This document shows, in pieces, positions 36,005 through 45,079 of a stretch of 64,000 nucleotides of DNA; position 1 is the first letter of the stretch; the number at the start of each line of letters is the position of its first letter. Under the pieces are notes generated by a model. The model searched no databases, was not told the DNA's origin, and was given only the letters and a program-made list of their open reading frames with translations. The position numbers and the translations under genes were made by a program. Source of the stretch: Planctomycetota bacterium (GTDB lineage Bacteria > Planctomycetota > Planctomycetia > Pirellulales > UBA1268); contig JBAXUW010000001.1 of NCBI GenBank assembly GCA_037129495.1, positions 9,970 through 73,969 on the forward strand. The letters are read 5' to 3'.

Positions 36005-37456
36005 TCATCGAACCGTGACTGGCCGTGGCCCAACGGCTGCAGGCTGGGGTGCCTGATCGCTCGGCTGCTGACGACTCTGGCCCCACTCGCCCCCCAAGCC
36101 TGCCGAGAGATTCGGAAACATCGCCCCGCCGACTCGGGGCTGTTTTTCTGAGGCCGAGGGCGTCCTCGTGGTGGGCGGCGGCGTCTGGCGGCTCTGCCGC
36201 TGTGGCTGTCGCGACGGCGGCGTGCCGGCTGGTGACTTTGTGGTGAGCGGGTTTCGCTGGGCGGTGGCGTCCATCGTCGCCGGCAAGGGCCTGACGGCTG
36301 CCGATCCGGATTGGGCCGTGGGCTGCAAAACGGGAGTGGCCGCCTGCATCGCAAGAGGATGCTTCACAAACGAGGCGTCGGCCTGCACGGCAATGCGCTC
36401 TGGAATCACGAGCAGTCGGGCCGCCGGCCGCGGCTTGTCTACAGGCACTGTGTCCACGGTCGGCTGCACGGACGCGACGGGCTGCGACGGCATCTCGGCA
36501 CCACCGATACCCGATTCCGGGGCGATACCCGATTCCGGGGCGATTCCCGATTCCGGGGCGACGACCAATTCGGGGGCGACGACCAATTCGGGGGCGACGA
36601 ACTCTTGGATGGAAAGCATATCTGCCACATCTGACAAGTCTGGAAGAGCGTCGACGGCCAGGACGATGTCCGTGGCCGGCATCTCCACGGGAGTTTGCGG
36701 CAGCGGCTCGGCAGCGGCCAGCGGTATGTGCGGAGCAGATTTTTGCTCAGCGGACAGCTGTGGGGAGGGTTCTGCCACTGCGGTGTCCAGATCTGTAAAT
36801 TTCCCTTCCGGCTGTTGTTCGGACGGAGTGAGCGTCGTAGACGCGATGGGAGCCACCGTCGTTGACGGCGGAACGGTCTCCTGCTTCTGCACCGGCGCCG
36901 TGGCGACCGGTGGCATCGTGGCTGGCGGTGCAGCCTGCGGCCCCGGAGCCGCCGCCGGCTTTGCAATGGCGGTTGTGCCCTGGTCGACCGCCGACCAGAG
37001 ATCGCCATCGGTCTTGGCCTCAGCCCCAATGGTCGATTGCGTGAAGGCCGCAGGTGGCGGAATGGGCGGTGGTTCGGCCGACGACGATGTGCCCTGGCTG
37101 GGCGGCAAGAGTTGGATGGAGAGCAGGGGTTGCCCCTCGCGGAGCGGATGTTTCAGCACCAGACCGCTGAAAGTGTCGTGCGCCCGAACGGCTGAGGTGG
37201 GCATCATCGCCTTCGGCCAGTCGCGGAGCGCCACGTCCCAGACCGTGACAGGGGCTCCCTGAGGCAAAGAACGCAGTGCGACGAAAATCACTTCGCTCTC
37301 CACACGGGGCTTCGACTGTGCCAGCCGGACATCCAGCGCGCGATTGACGCCCACGGCTGCCGCCGCACCCGCCACGAAGGCGGCCGCGAAGACGGTGATA
37401 GCCCGCGGCCGGTGTGACTGTTTCGAAGGCGTGGGCTTTGGCAGAGCGGTGCGCAT
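36005..37456 (-). CDS. CpaB/SAF-domain-like protein with a long Pro/Ala/Thr-rich repetitive tail
   Basis: Start at ATG 37456 (MRTALPKP). TM anchor, then a SAF-like segment (VIFVALRSLPQGAPVTVWDV..LKHPLREGQPLL) as in Flp-pilus CpaB N-termini. The remaining ~330 aa are low complexity. Confidence 0.6.
   Translation of the reverse strand: MRTALPKPTPSKQSHRPRAITVFAAAFVAGAAAAVGVNRALDVRLAQSKPRVESEVIFVALRSLPQGAPVTVWDVALRDWPKAMMPTSAVRAHDTFSGLVLKHPLREGQPLLSIQLLPPSQGTSSSAEPPPIPPPAAFTQSTIGAEAKTDGDLWSAVDQGTTAIAKPAAAPGPQAAPPATMPPVATAPVQKQETVPPSTTVAPIASTTLTPSEQQPEGKFTDLDTAVAEPSPQLSAEQKSAPHIPLAAAEPLPQTPVEMPATDIVLAVDALPDLSDVADMLSIQEFVAPELVVAPELVVAPESGIAPESGIAPESGIGGAEMPSQPVASVQPTVDTVPVDKPRPAARLLVIPERIAVQADASFVKHPLAMQAATPVLQPTAQSGSAAVRPLPATMDATAQRNPLTTKSPAGTPPSRQPQRQSRQTPPPTTRTPSASEKQPRVGGAMFPNLSAGLGGEWGQSRQQPSDQAPQPAAVGPRPVTVR
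36506..36600. repeat. 18-bp tandem repeats (5.3 units) inside CDS 36005..37456
   Basis: Units gatacccgattccggggc x2, gattcccgattccggggc, and gacgaccaattcgggggc x2. They encode APESGI x3 / APELVV x2 on the minus strand. Confidence 0.85.
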
Positions 37457-37741
37457 GATGTCTTCTTTCGTCAATACCTTCTTGAGGCTGCGTCGCAATG
37501 GCAACGCTCTCTCAGAGGGGCCATCGACACCCATGGCAGGGTGCGTAAAGTCTGCGATAGGAAGGGATCGCTGTTTGCCAGAACGCCGCAGACTCTCGGG
37601 CTCAAAGAGGCCGCCGCCACTGCGCTCACCCCCCAAGTTGTCCGACTTCAGCGACCCGCAAACTGACCGCGGTTTGCGGCAGGCCGCAGGATCGCCTACC
37701 CTACCCCGTCCCTGGCATTCCCGAGGCTATTCTTTTTCGCG

Positions 37742-38482
37742 ATGAGCACGCTCCACGGTGACCCTGCTGCCGGATTCGACCCGAGCGAGAGGCGCGGTGT
37801 CTATCGCGCCATTTATGAGCGTCGGGACGTGCGATCCCAGTTCCTCTCCGATCCGCTGCCAGCGGCCTTGATCTCCCGCCTACTGAGCGCCGCGCATCAT
37901 GCCCCTTCTGTCGGCTTCATGCAGCCGTGGGATTTCTTGCTTATCGACGACGTGCCGCTACGGCAGGAGATTAAGGAGTTATTTTCCCGGGAGAACGCTG
38001 CAGCGGCCACCCACTACGAGGGACCGCGGGGCGAACTCTACCGCTCGCTCAAGCTTGAAGGCATCCTCGACACGCCGCTCAACATCTGTATCACGTGCGA
38101 TCGGTCGCGCGGAGGCGCCCATGTACTCGGCCGCAATTCGGTGCTTGATGGCGACTTGTTCAGCACCTGCTTGGCCGTACAAAACCTCTGGCTGTCGGCC
38201 CGCGCCGAAGGGATTGGCATCGGTTGGGTGAGCATTCTCGATCCCGCAAAGCTGGCGGGCCTGCTCGGCCTACCCGCGGAGGTCTATCCGCTGGCCTACC
38301 TCTGCGTCGGCTACGTGAGTGAGTTTCTCGAAGGTCCGGAACTGGCGGCGAAGGGCTGGCGCGATCGGGTGCCGCTTCTCGATCTGATTCATCACAATCG
38401 CTGGGGCACGCCCGTGACAGATGACTGGCCGCTGCTGTCCCCCACCGACTCGCTGTTCGACATCGCGCCGCCAACCGACTGA
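37742..38482 (+). CDS. bluB: 5,6-dimethylbenzimidazole synthase
   Basis: Nitroreductase fold with the BluB-type N-terminus GVYRAIYERRDVRSQF and HAPSVGFMQPW. It sits directly upstream of cobT. Confidence 0.85.
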   Translation: MSTLHGDPAAGFDPSERRGVYRAIYERRDVRSQFLSDPLPAALISRLLSAAHHAPSVGFMQPWDFLLIDDVPLRQEIKELFSRENAAAATHYEGPRGELYRSLKLEGILDTPLNICITCDRSRGGAHVLGRNSVLDGDLFSTCLAVQNLWLSARAEGIGIGWVSILDPAKLAGLLGLPAEVYPLAYLCVGYVSEFLEGPELAAKGWRDRVPLLDLIHHNRWGTPVTDDWPLLSPTDSLFDIAPPTD

Positions 38483-38502
38483 TACTCCCCATTGAGGCTG
38501 CC

Positions 38503-39561
38503 ATGCGTTGGTCAATGCCCGCTCCCTGCGAACTCTCCCGCGCGGCGGCGGCAGACCGACAACTCCGGCTCACCAAACCACCTGGAAGTCTTGGCCGCCT
38601 CGAATCGCTCGCCGTGGAGATCGCGGCCTGGCAGGCGACCGATCGCCCGCAGGTCCGTCCCGCGAGTGTCTTGATCTTTGCCGCCGATCACCCGATCGCC
38701 CAGGCCGATGTTTCCCCCTACCCGCAGTCGGTCACGGCGGCGATGGTCAAAAACTTTATCCGTGGCGGCGCAGCTTCGGTGGTCATGGCTCAGACCTTGG
38801 GGGTTGGAGTGCAGGTAATCGATGTGGGCGTTGTCGGGCCACGAGAAGTGATCAGCAGGGCCGCGTTACCAAACAGCAGCATCTCATTCTGGCGGGCGGC
38901 GGTGGCCGACGCCGACGAGGCCGACATTCGCTGGGCCGACGCCATGACGTCAGACGTGTTTGCCTCTGCCTGGCAGGCCGGATGCGATGCGGTCGCCACC
39001 GTGCTTCCCGACACCCGCTGTGTCATCCTCGGCGAAATGGGCATCGCCAACTCCACACTGGCGGCGGCCGTAACGAGCGGGCTGTGCAACTTTGCGCCGG
39101 ACCAGGTAACGGGCCCGGGCACTGGTGCCGCTGGGAGTTGTCTGGCCCGGAAGATCGAGGCGGTGGGGCAGGTGCGGGCACGGGTCAGCGGCAGCCCGCC
39201 GCTGGAGATCCTTCGCCGAGCGGGCGGTCGCGAACTGGCCGCGATCGCCGGTGCCGCGACAGCGGCCCTGGCCCGTCGCATGGTCGTGATCGTCGACGGC
39301 TTCATCGCCTCGGCCGCGATCGCCCCCGTGCTCGCGGTCGATCCTGCTGCCCGCGCCGGCACGATTTTTTCCCACGTGGGTAGTGAACCCGGTCACCGAG
39401 CCTTACTAGAATGGCTGAAAGTCTCCCCGCTGCTTGCACTCGGCATGGCACTGGGGGAGGGTACGGGAGGTTTGGCTGCGTTTCCCCTGCTCGATCTGGC
39501 CTGCGCCACACACAACTCGATGCTGACGTTTGCAGAGGCGGGCGTTCCCGATCGGGTCTGA
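38503..39561 (+). CDS. cobT: nicotinate-nucleotide--dimethylbenzimidazole phosphoribosyltransferase
   Basis: LTKPPGSLGRLE, EMGIANST, and the GEGTG block near the C-terminus. Confidence 0.9.
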   Translation: MRWSMPAPCELSRAAAADRQLRLTKPPGSLGRLESLAVEIAAWQATDRPQVRPASVLIFAADHPIAQADVSPYPQSVTAAMVKNFIRGGAASVVMAQTLGVGVQVIDVGVVGPREVISRAALPNSSISFWRAAVADADEADIRWADAMTSDVFASAWQAGCDAVATVLPDTRCVILGEMGIANSTLAAAVTSGLCNFAPDQVTGPGTGAAGSCLARKIEAVGQVRARVSGSPPLEILRRAGGRELAAIAGAATAALARRMVVIVDGFIASAAIAPVLAVDPAARAGTIFSHVGSEPGHRALLEWLKVSPLLALGMALGEGTGGLAAFPLLDLACATHNSMLTFAEAGVPDRV

Positions 39562-39591
39562 GCACGTCCCCCACTCACTCCGCGCAACTTC

Positions 39592-40386
39592 ATGCCAACG
39601 ATCCCGCCACCGATTCGTGCCTGCCGCGTGGCCTTCTTCTTCCTGACCCGGATCCCGGTGGGCGGATTTCCCTATACCGACGCTGAATGGCGGTGGTCCT
39701 CCGGCTGGTTTCCGTTTGTTGGGTTGGTGATCGGTGCGGCCATGGCGGCGGTCTGGCTCCTGGTCGACCGTGCCGGTGGACTCGTTGCTGCCACGCTGGC
39801 AACGGGAGTGGGCATGCTGCTCACCGGCGCCTTCCACGAGGATGGTCTCGCCGACACCGCCGATGCGATCGGCGGTGTGGTCGATCGGGAAAAGATGTTC
39901 GAAATTCTCAAAGACAGCCGCATCGGCGCCTTTGGGGCGGCCTGCTTAGTGATCGTGCTCCTCCTGCGAATCGGCCTGCTGACGCGCCTCGGTCAGTCCA
40001 CTTCCGAAGGGATCATCGGCCTGATCATTCTCAGCCAGTGCCTGGCCCGTACGCCACCAGTCTGGCTGATGGCAACGATTCCCTACGTCACGATGGACGA
40101 TACATCGAAGAGCAAACTCGTGACGCGTGCCGGTTTCGGACAGGCCTGGCTCGCGACAGCGTGGTGCGGTGGTGGTGTGGCGGCTGCGGTATATGGCGGC
40201 TGCCTGAGCCCGCTGGAGGCGGTGTGGGGCGTGATGGCCGCCGCCATCATTGCCGCCTGGCTGGGCTGGCGTTTTATTGTCCGGGCCGGGGGTATCACCG
40301 GAGATTTTCTCGGGGCGGCCGAGCAGTGCAGCGAGGTGGCGTTTCTGCTGGCTGTGGCGGTGGCGCGGGGAAGTGGTGGCGGATGA
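39592..40386 (+). CDS. cobS: adenosylcobinamide-GDP ribazoletransferase (cobalamin synthase)
   Basis: FLTRIPV, HEDGLADTAD, and a polytopic membrane profile. Confidence 0.9.
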   Translation: MPTIPPPIRACRVAFFFLTRIPVGGFPYTDAEWRWSSGWFPFVGLVIGAAMAAVWLLVDRAGGLVAATLATGVGMLLTGAFHEDGLADTADAIGGVVDREKMFEILKDSRIGAFGAACLVIVLLLRIGLLTRLGQSTSEGIIGLIILSQCLARTPPVWLMATIPYVTMDDTSKSKLVTRAGFGQAWLATAWCGGGVAAAVYGGCLSPLEAVWGVMAAAIIAAWLGWRFIVRAGGITGDFLGAAEQCSEVAFLLAVAVARGSGGG

Positions 40387-40958
40387 TCGTCGCGATCCGG
40401 CATGGACGCGTGGCAGCCGAGGGCATCTGCTATGGACGCTGGGATGCCCCGCTGATCAACCCGCCTGAGACCGATGCGGCAGCGCTCGCGGCGCGGCTCG
40501 AAGGCCTGTCGGCCGTGGCGGCCGTGCCATCCGCTGGCCGCCTCGCGGGGATCATTTCTTCGCCGTCGGCCCGCTGCCAGCAGATTGCCATCCGGTTGGC
40601 AGACCAACTCGACCTCCCGCTCTTTGAAGACGCGGGCATCGCCGAACTGTCGATGGGTGAATGGGAAGGCTTGTTGTGGCGACAGATCGAGGATCAGGAT
40701 GCCAGACGGCTGCAGGACTGGATGAAAGACTGGCAGACCGCAGCTCCGCCCGGAGGTGAGACGCTTGCTGATCTTGAAACGCGGGTTCGCGGGGCCGTCG
40801 TGGCAGCGGCCAACCGGGGGCCGGCAATCTGGCTGACGCATGCGGGCGTCATTCGCGCGCTCCGGGTCATCCTCTGCCAGGCAGACTGGCCCACGGCCAT
40901 GCAGTCGCCTGTGCAGCACCTTGATCCGGAAGTATTCCTAACACCAGTTGCCGATTGA
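40383..40958 (+). CDS. cobC: histidine-phosphatase family protein, likely alpha-ribazole phosphatase
   Basis: Start ATG 40383 overlaps the cobS stop (ATGA). RHG catalytic motif at residues 6-8 and THAGVIRAL near the C-terminus. The operon context with cobT and cobS supports the call. Confidence 0.7.
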   Translation: MIVAIRHGRVAAEGICYGRWDAPLINPPETDAAALAARLEGLSAVAAVPSAGRLAGIISSPSARCQQIAIRLADQLDLPLFEDAGIAELSMGEWEGLLWRQIEDQDARRLQDWMKDWQTAAPPGGETLADLETRVRGAVVAAANRGPAIWLTHAGVIRALRVILCQADWPTAMQSPVQHLDPEVFLTPVAD

Positions 40959-40965
40959 CTGTTCA

Positions 40966-41847
40966 CTATTCCGGCGGCTCGGCGTCGGTCGGCGCAAACA
41001 TCGGGTCGACAGGCTGGCTCTGCGGTACGGGGCGGATTGCTAGCAAGCGCTGCCCAGACCGGCTGCCGCTGCGGTCGCGGAAGAAGGCGTCACCCACGTT
41101 CGAGGCCGGTTCACCGACGCAGCTCACGATGATCATTGAACCGTTTGGTACCGTGGCCTCAAACTCAAGCCCCTGCAGCAGGTCGCGGCGTTGGCCGGCC
41201 TCCAAGCGAAACATGCCTTCCTCACCGACCCACGACCGCTCTACTGGTCCGTGTTTGATCGTCGGCACGAATTGGAGCCGCACCCGGCCGTCCGCCGCGG
41301 GCCAGGCCCGCAAGGCAAACAGCGAGCTAGCGCCGTGATAGGTCGTGCCCCGCAGACTATCACCGTCGCGCTTGAGCAGCACGAGTTCCGGCAGGCCAGT
41401 CGCTGCCATCACATCGCTGACGCGGCCGGGCAACAGTCGGAGCACGTGCAGCATGAGCGCTGGGTTGTCGGGGAGCGCGGCGGGCAGGGTTTCACCCACG
41501 TCAGCGGCCGGCGGCTGAAACCGCGCGGCGATGTGGGGCGGCAGCTGGGCTGTCACCAAGCCCGCCCGGAGGCCGTTGGCCTGCAGCCGTCGACGGAGGT
41601 CATCTTCAAACACCTGTTCGTCGGCCAGATTCCAGAGCTCGTCGCGGAAGATCGGATCGTCGGCTTCATGGCGGACGAAGACGAGCTCCAACGGAATCGT
41701 TTTGAGAGCTACCCGCGGTCGGTCGGTCATCCCGGCCAGTGGGGCCTCGGCCGACGCGTCGGGTCTCATGCCGAGGTGGCAGCCGCCCGCCGCCAGGAGA
41801 GCGAGGCAGGTCAGCAGGCCGCGAATGGAAATGAGAACATCCCTCAT
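40966..41847 (-). CDS. hypothetical lipoprotein
   Basis: Signal sequence plus lipobox LLAAGGC. No family recognised. Confidence 0.6.
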   Translation of the reverse strand: MRDVLISIRGLLTCLALLAAGGCHLGMRPDASAEAPLAGMTDRPRVALKTIPLELVFVRHEADDPIFRDELWNLADEQVFEDDLRRRLQANGLRAGLVTAQLPPHIAARFQPPAADVGETLPAALPDNPALMLHVLRLLPGRVSDVMAATGLPELVLLKRDGDSLRGTTYHGASSLFALRAWPAADGRVRLQFVPTIKHGPVERSWVGEEGMFRLEAGQRRDLLQGLEFEATVPNGSMIIVSCVGEPASNVGDAFFRDRSGSRSGQRLLAIRPVPQSQPVDPMFAPTDAEPPE

Positions 41848-42123
41848 TGTGGGCTCGCGACACCAGTGCCTGCGCAGATCGCCAGCCGGAACATGGGGAA
41901 GTCCTCATGTCTGTGGCGCGGTGGGAAAATAGGGAAGGAAGCCCGGCGAGTCAACGCCGCCGTGTCCCCGTGCCCGCTGTCTTTACGTGTGAAACAGACA
42001 AACAGCGAAAAAACCCGCGGAGAATCCGGAATCTGACATTATCTCATATACTCCGGGCCGTGGATCGCAGCGGATGCATCGCATCCGGACTCCACGCCCC
42101 CGAGAGCGGCCAGGGCCGCAGGC

Positions 42124-43497
42124 ATGAGCGACATCCTCTTCCACTACTACCGCGTCAATCCCACGACGTGGTTCTACCTGTCATCGCTCCTCTCAGTCGC
42201 GGTGTTCTTTAAGTTCAACCGCGTCTGGAGTATGCGAAATCTCGACCTGATCGGACTGATCCTGCTCACGCCGGGCCTGCTGGCAGTCGAATACGGTGGA
42301 TATAAAGCCAGCGCCGCCGCCCAGCAACTCGGCTACATCTGGATCTTCTCCGTCTCGGGAATCTTCCTGGTCAGGATGCTCTTCGACTCGCTCATGGTCC
42401 GCCGACCGCTGCTCGACTCAAACCTCACCGTCGGTGGTCTTATTTTCCTGGGGATCTCGCTGCTTGTCTTTCTGCTAGCCAACGTGATCACCACCCGGCC
42501 GCAGCGCGACGATCTCGCCGGCGCGGCCGGCGCTGCCCGGCTCAATGCCCGCGACGCTGAGGTCGATGCCGACCAACTCTCCCGCCTCGGCCCCGGCTAT
42601 CCCTTGCTCTTTGTGTTGCCCCAGATCTCGACTCAGCGACTCTTTTCAGCCGATTCCGACGCCGCCGAGACGGGCCAAGCCCGTGCGGTGAACAGCCGTG
42701 TCGTCTATGAGACCACCGCCCGCGCGATGGCGATCCTCTCGCAGTTGGCGATTGTGACCGGCATGGTGGTTATCGGCTGGCGGCATTTCGGCGCGATCCG
42801 CCTAGGAATCGCGGCGGCGGTGCTTTATCTCCTCCTCCCCTATACCGCCATCATGACCGGCCGCGTCGACCACGTGCTGCCCGGTGCGCTCATCGTCTGG
42901 GCGCTGGCCGCCTACCGCCGCCCCTTCCTCTCGGGAGCGCTTCTTGGCCTAGCCACAGGAACGATCTACTACCCCGTTTTCTTGCTGCCGCTGTGGTGCG
43001 GGTTTTACTGGCAACGAGGTATCGGCCGGTTTGCGATCGGCATCTCCGCGGCGCTCGTCGCGCTCGTTTTTGGACTTTGGTTCACCTCGCCCGCAACGGC
43101 CATCTTCGTGGGACAATTGCGGCAGATGTTCGGCTGGATCTTTCCCAACGCCGTTGCGCTTGAGGGTTTTTGGGCGCTGTCCTACAACGACCCCGTCTTC
43201 CGCCTGCCGGTGCTGGCCGCCTTCATCGCCATGATCTCGACGCTCGCCATTTGGCCAGCCCCAAAAAATCTCGGCACCCTGATGAGTTGCACCGCCGCAG
43301 TGCTCTTGGGGAGCCAGTTCTGGAAGGCCCACAACGGCGGCCTCTTCATGGCCTGGTTTCTGCCGGTGCTCCTGCTGGTGATCTTTCGCCCCAACCTGGA
43401 AAACCGGGTGGCAACGCTTGTGCTCGACGTGGAATGGTTTCCCAAACGCCGCCGCCAGTCCGCCGTCCCCGTCGCTGTTGCCGAGCAGGTCGCCTGA
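42124..43497 (+). CDS. hypothetical polytopic membrane protein
   Basis: 457 aa with about 10 or more hydrophobic helices. No catalytic motif recognised. Confidence 0.7.
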   Translation: MSDILFHYYRVNPTTWFYLSSLLSVAVFFKFNRVWSMRNLDLIGLILLTPGLLAVEYGGYKASAAAQQLGYIWIFSVSGIFLVRMLFDSLMVRRPLLDSNLTVGGLIFLGISLLVFLLANVITTRPQRDDLAGAAGAARLNARDAEVDADQLSRLGPGYPLLFVLPQISTQRLFSADSDAAETGQARAVNSRVVYETTARAMAILSQLAIVTGMVVIGWRHFGAIRLGIAAAVLYLLLPYTAIMTGRVDHVLPGALIVWALAAYRRPFLSGALLGLATGTIYYPVFLLPLWCGFYWQRGIGRFAIGISAALVALVFGLWFTSPATAIFVGQLRQMFGWIFPNAVALEGFWALSYNDPVFRLPVLAAFIAMISTLAIWPAPKNLGTLMSCTAAVLLGSQFWKAHNGGLFMAWFLPVLLLVIFRPNLENRVATLVLDVEWFPKRRRQSAVPVAVAEQVA

Positions 43498-43521
43498 CCG
43501 ACTGGCGTCAGCCCCGCCGCG

Positions 43522-44439
43522 TCAGCCGCGCCTGGGATCGAAGTCGGGGGGCGAGTGGCGCTGGGCCAGCCAGGCCCGCCAAGCGGCAACATCCCACTCA
43601 AAGTTTGCGCCGCTGAGCTTTACAAGCGCCTCAAGCACGCGCTGGTTATGGACGCGGGTCTTCTGCTTTTTTGGCCCCGAGCCCATCGAGAGCCCAGCCC
43701 CAGAGGGCGTGAACGTGGCGGTTGTCGAGCCCTCCGGCGGGCCCCCACCGCTCACCACCATGTGATCGGTCTCGAGCACCGCGATCAGCGGCCCGATGGT
43801 CGCGGTGGAGCCGAGCACTCCGAGTGCTTCGGCCGCCCGATTGATGCGGTCGTTGTCGGCGCTGCCGAGCGCCGGCACGATCGCTCCCGCTGCCATGTCG
43901 CGCCCGCTGGCGATCAGCCGTTCTACGGCGAGGATCCGCGTCTCGGGATCGGGATGGTCGATCGCCACGACGACGAGCGCCATCGTTCCCTCACCGCCAC
44001 GGATGTGGGAGAACGCCTCGACATAGCAGGCCCGCACGCGGGGCAGTCGCTCCTTGCGGATGGCCGCGGCCAGCGCCGGCACGGCGAACGGGTCGGCGAT
44101 CTCGCGAATCTCTTCAGCGGCGGTTTCGGCCTGCCGCGGATCGTCGAGCCGCTTCCGAAGCCGCTCGAGCCGGATCGTCCACTCCTTTTGAGAGAGGTTT
44201 GCGCGGTCGGCCTGTTCGATCAGTTCGATCTCCTGTACGCAGCGCCACATGCCGCGATAGCGAACCAGCCCTCGGGCCGCCATCAGTTCTTGCGGGCTCG
44301 GTGGTTTTTCGGCCGCGGTTTCAGCCGTGGTCTCGGCCGCAGGGTGAGCCGCTGCCAGCGGCTCGTCTGCGTGAACAGTCGCAACCGTTCGTTCTGTCAG
44401 CAGAAGAACGGCACCAATAAAAAGACGTGACGCAAGCAT
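43522..44439 (-). CDS. secreted HEAT-repeat protein
   Basis: Signal peptide, then repeated PALxxAL..D...R..A..AL patterns (AVPALAAAIR.., IVPALGSADNDRINRAAEALG). Confidence 0.65.
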   Translation of the reverse strand: MLASRLFIGAVLLLTERTVATVHADEPLAAAHPAAETTAETAAEKPPSPQELMAARGLVRYRGMWRCVQEIELIEQADRANLSQKEWTIRLERLRKRLDDPRQAETAAEEIREIADPFAVPALAAAIRKERLPRVRACYVEAFSHIRGGEGTMALVVVAIDHPDPETRILAVERLIASGRDMAAGAIVPALGSADNDRINRAAEALGVLGSTATIGPLIAVLETDHMVVSGGGPPEGSTTATFTPSGAGLSMGSGPKKQKTRVHNQRVLEALVKLSGANFEWDVAAWRAWLAQRHSPPDFDPRRG

Positions 44440-44448
44440 GCTAGATCC

Positions 44449-44829
44449 TCAGCGGCCGTTGGCGGCGTTTTGAATCATCCCAAGGTACGACGAGAAAATC
44501 CAGAACACGATCAGTGTGATCAGTCCGGCGACCGCGGCCCAGACCAGAAAACCTGACCCTCGGGCCGCTGCGGCAAAGCCGTCGCGAGCCTCGTCATCGA
44601 GTTGGCCAGCCAATCGCTCGAGCACTCGCCGCGGAAACCGGCGACTTCGATCGAGCGACTCTGCCAGCGGATTCCCTGCCGCGAACGCCTGCGGAACCTT
44701 CTGCCTACGCGGCCGCCACACCGCCGGCACTCGCGTTGACTCCAGCTTCCACGCCCGTCGTAGGTCGATGCCCGCAGACAATGCGACGGCGAGCCGACCG
44801 AGCATGTCAGCCAGAATCTTCCGTGGCAT
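44449..44829 (-). CDS. short type II secretion/T4P platform (GspF/PilC, T2SSF)-like fragment
   Basis: Start set to ATG 44829. LGRLAVALSAGIDLRRAW and the terminal TM helix FLVWAAVAGLITLIVFWIF resemble one compressed T2SSF repeat. It is too short for a functional GspF. The upstream part of track ORF 44449..45030 runs through repeat R2. Confidence 0.3.
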   Translation of the reverse strand: MPRKILADMLGRLAVALSAGIDLRRAWKLESTRVPAVWRPRRQKVPQAFAAGNPLAESLDRSRRFPRRVLERLAGQLDDEARDGFAAAARGSGFLVWAAVAGLITLIVFWIFSSYLGMIQNAANGR

Positions 44830-44945
44830 TTCTTGTGGGCTGAAGAGCAGAGTAAGAGGCTTTAAACTGGGGTGGAGCGGCGTCTTATCGGGAGGCCAAG
44901 TTTCACAAAAATCATCGTCTCCAGGCGACGCGGTCTTCTGTCTTT

Positions 44946-45007
44946 TGTGGGATACGTTTTCTAACTTGTCCGCTTCGGCAGGCTCGAAAAACTCGCCTCT
45001 ACGGGTG
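44946..45007 (+). repeat. palindromic intergenic repeat, full copy R2
   Basis: gtgggatacgttttctaacttgtcc-gcttc-ggcaggctcgaaaaactcgcctctacgggtgg, colinear with R1 and R3. Confidence 0.85.
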
Positions 45008-45079
45008 GTGGCTTTCCCCTGCTCCCGCATCTGCTAAAAACGGCACTTTCATTCTGCCCCGCCCTCACAGTTTCCGTGC

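Noticed and set aside
36506-36600. Regularly spaced 18-bp repeats that superficially resemble a mini CRISPR-like array.
   Set aside because: The units are directly adjacent with no spacers, in frame, and encode a peptide repeat inside a CDS. No cas genes are present.
37457-37741. Possible cobalamin riboswitch in the 285-nt region upstream of bluB-cobT-cobS-cobC. Fragments seen: GCCGCCACUG, CCCGCAAACUGA, AGGAAGGGA and CAGGAUCGCC.
   Set aside because: The fragments are in the wrong order and spacing for the RF00174 core (AGGGAA..GGUG..UCC..CCCGC.ACUGU....GCCACUG..GGGAAGGC..B12 box). I could not build the P3-P6 helices by eye. A cmscan against RF00174 would settle it, and I would expect no significant hit.
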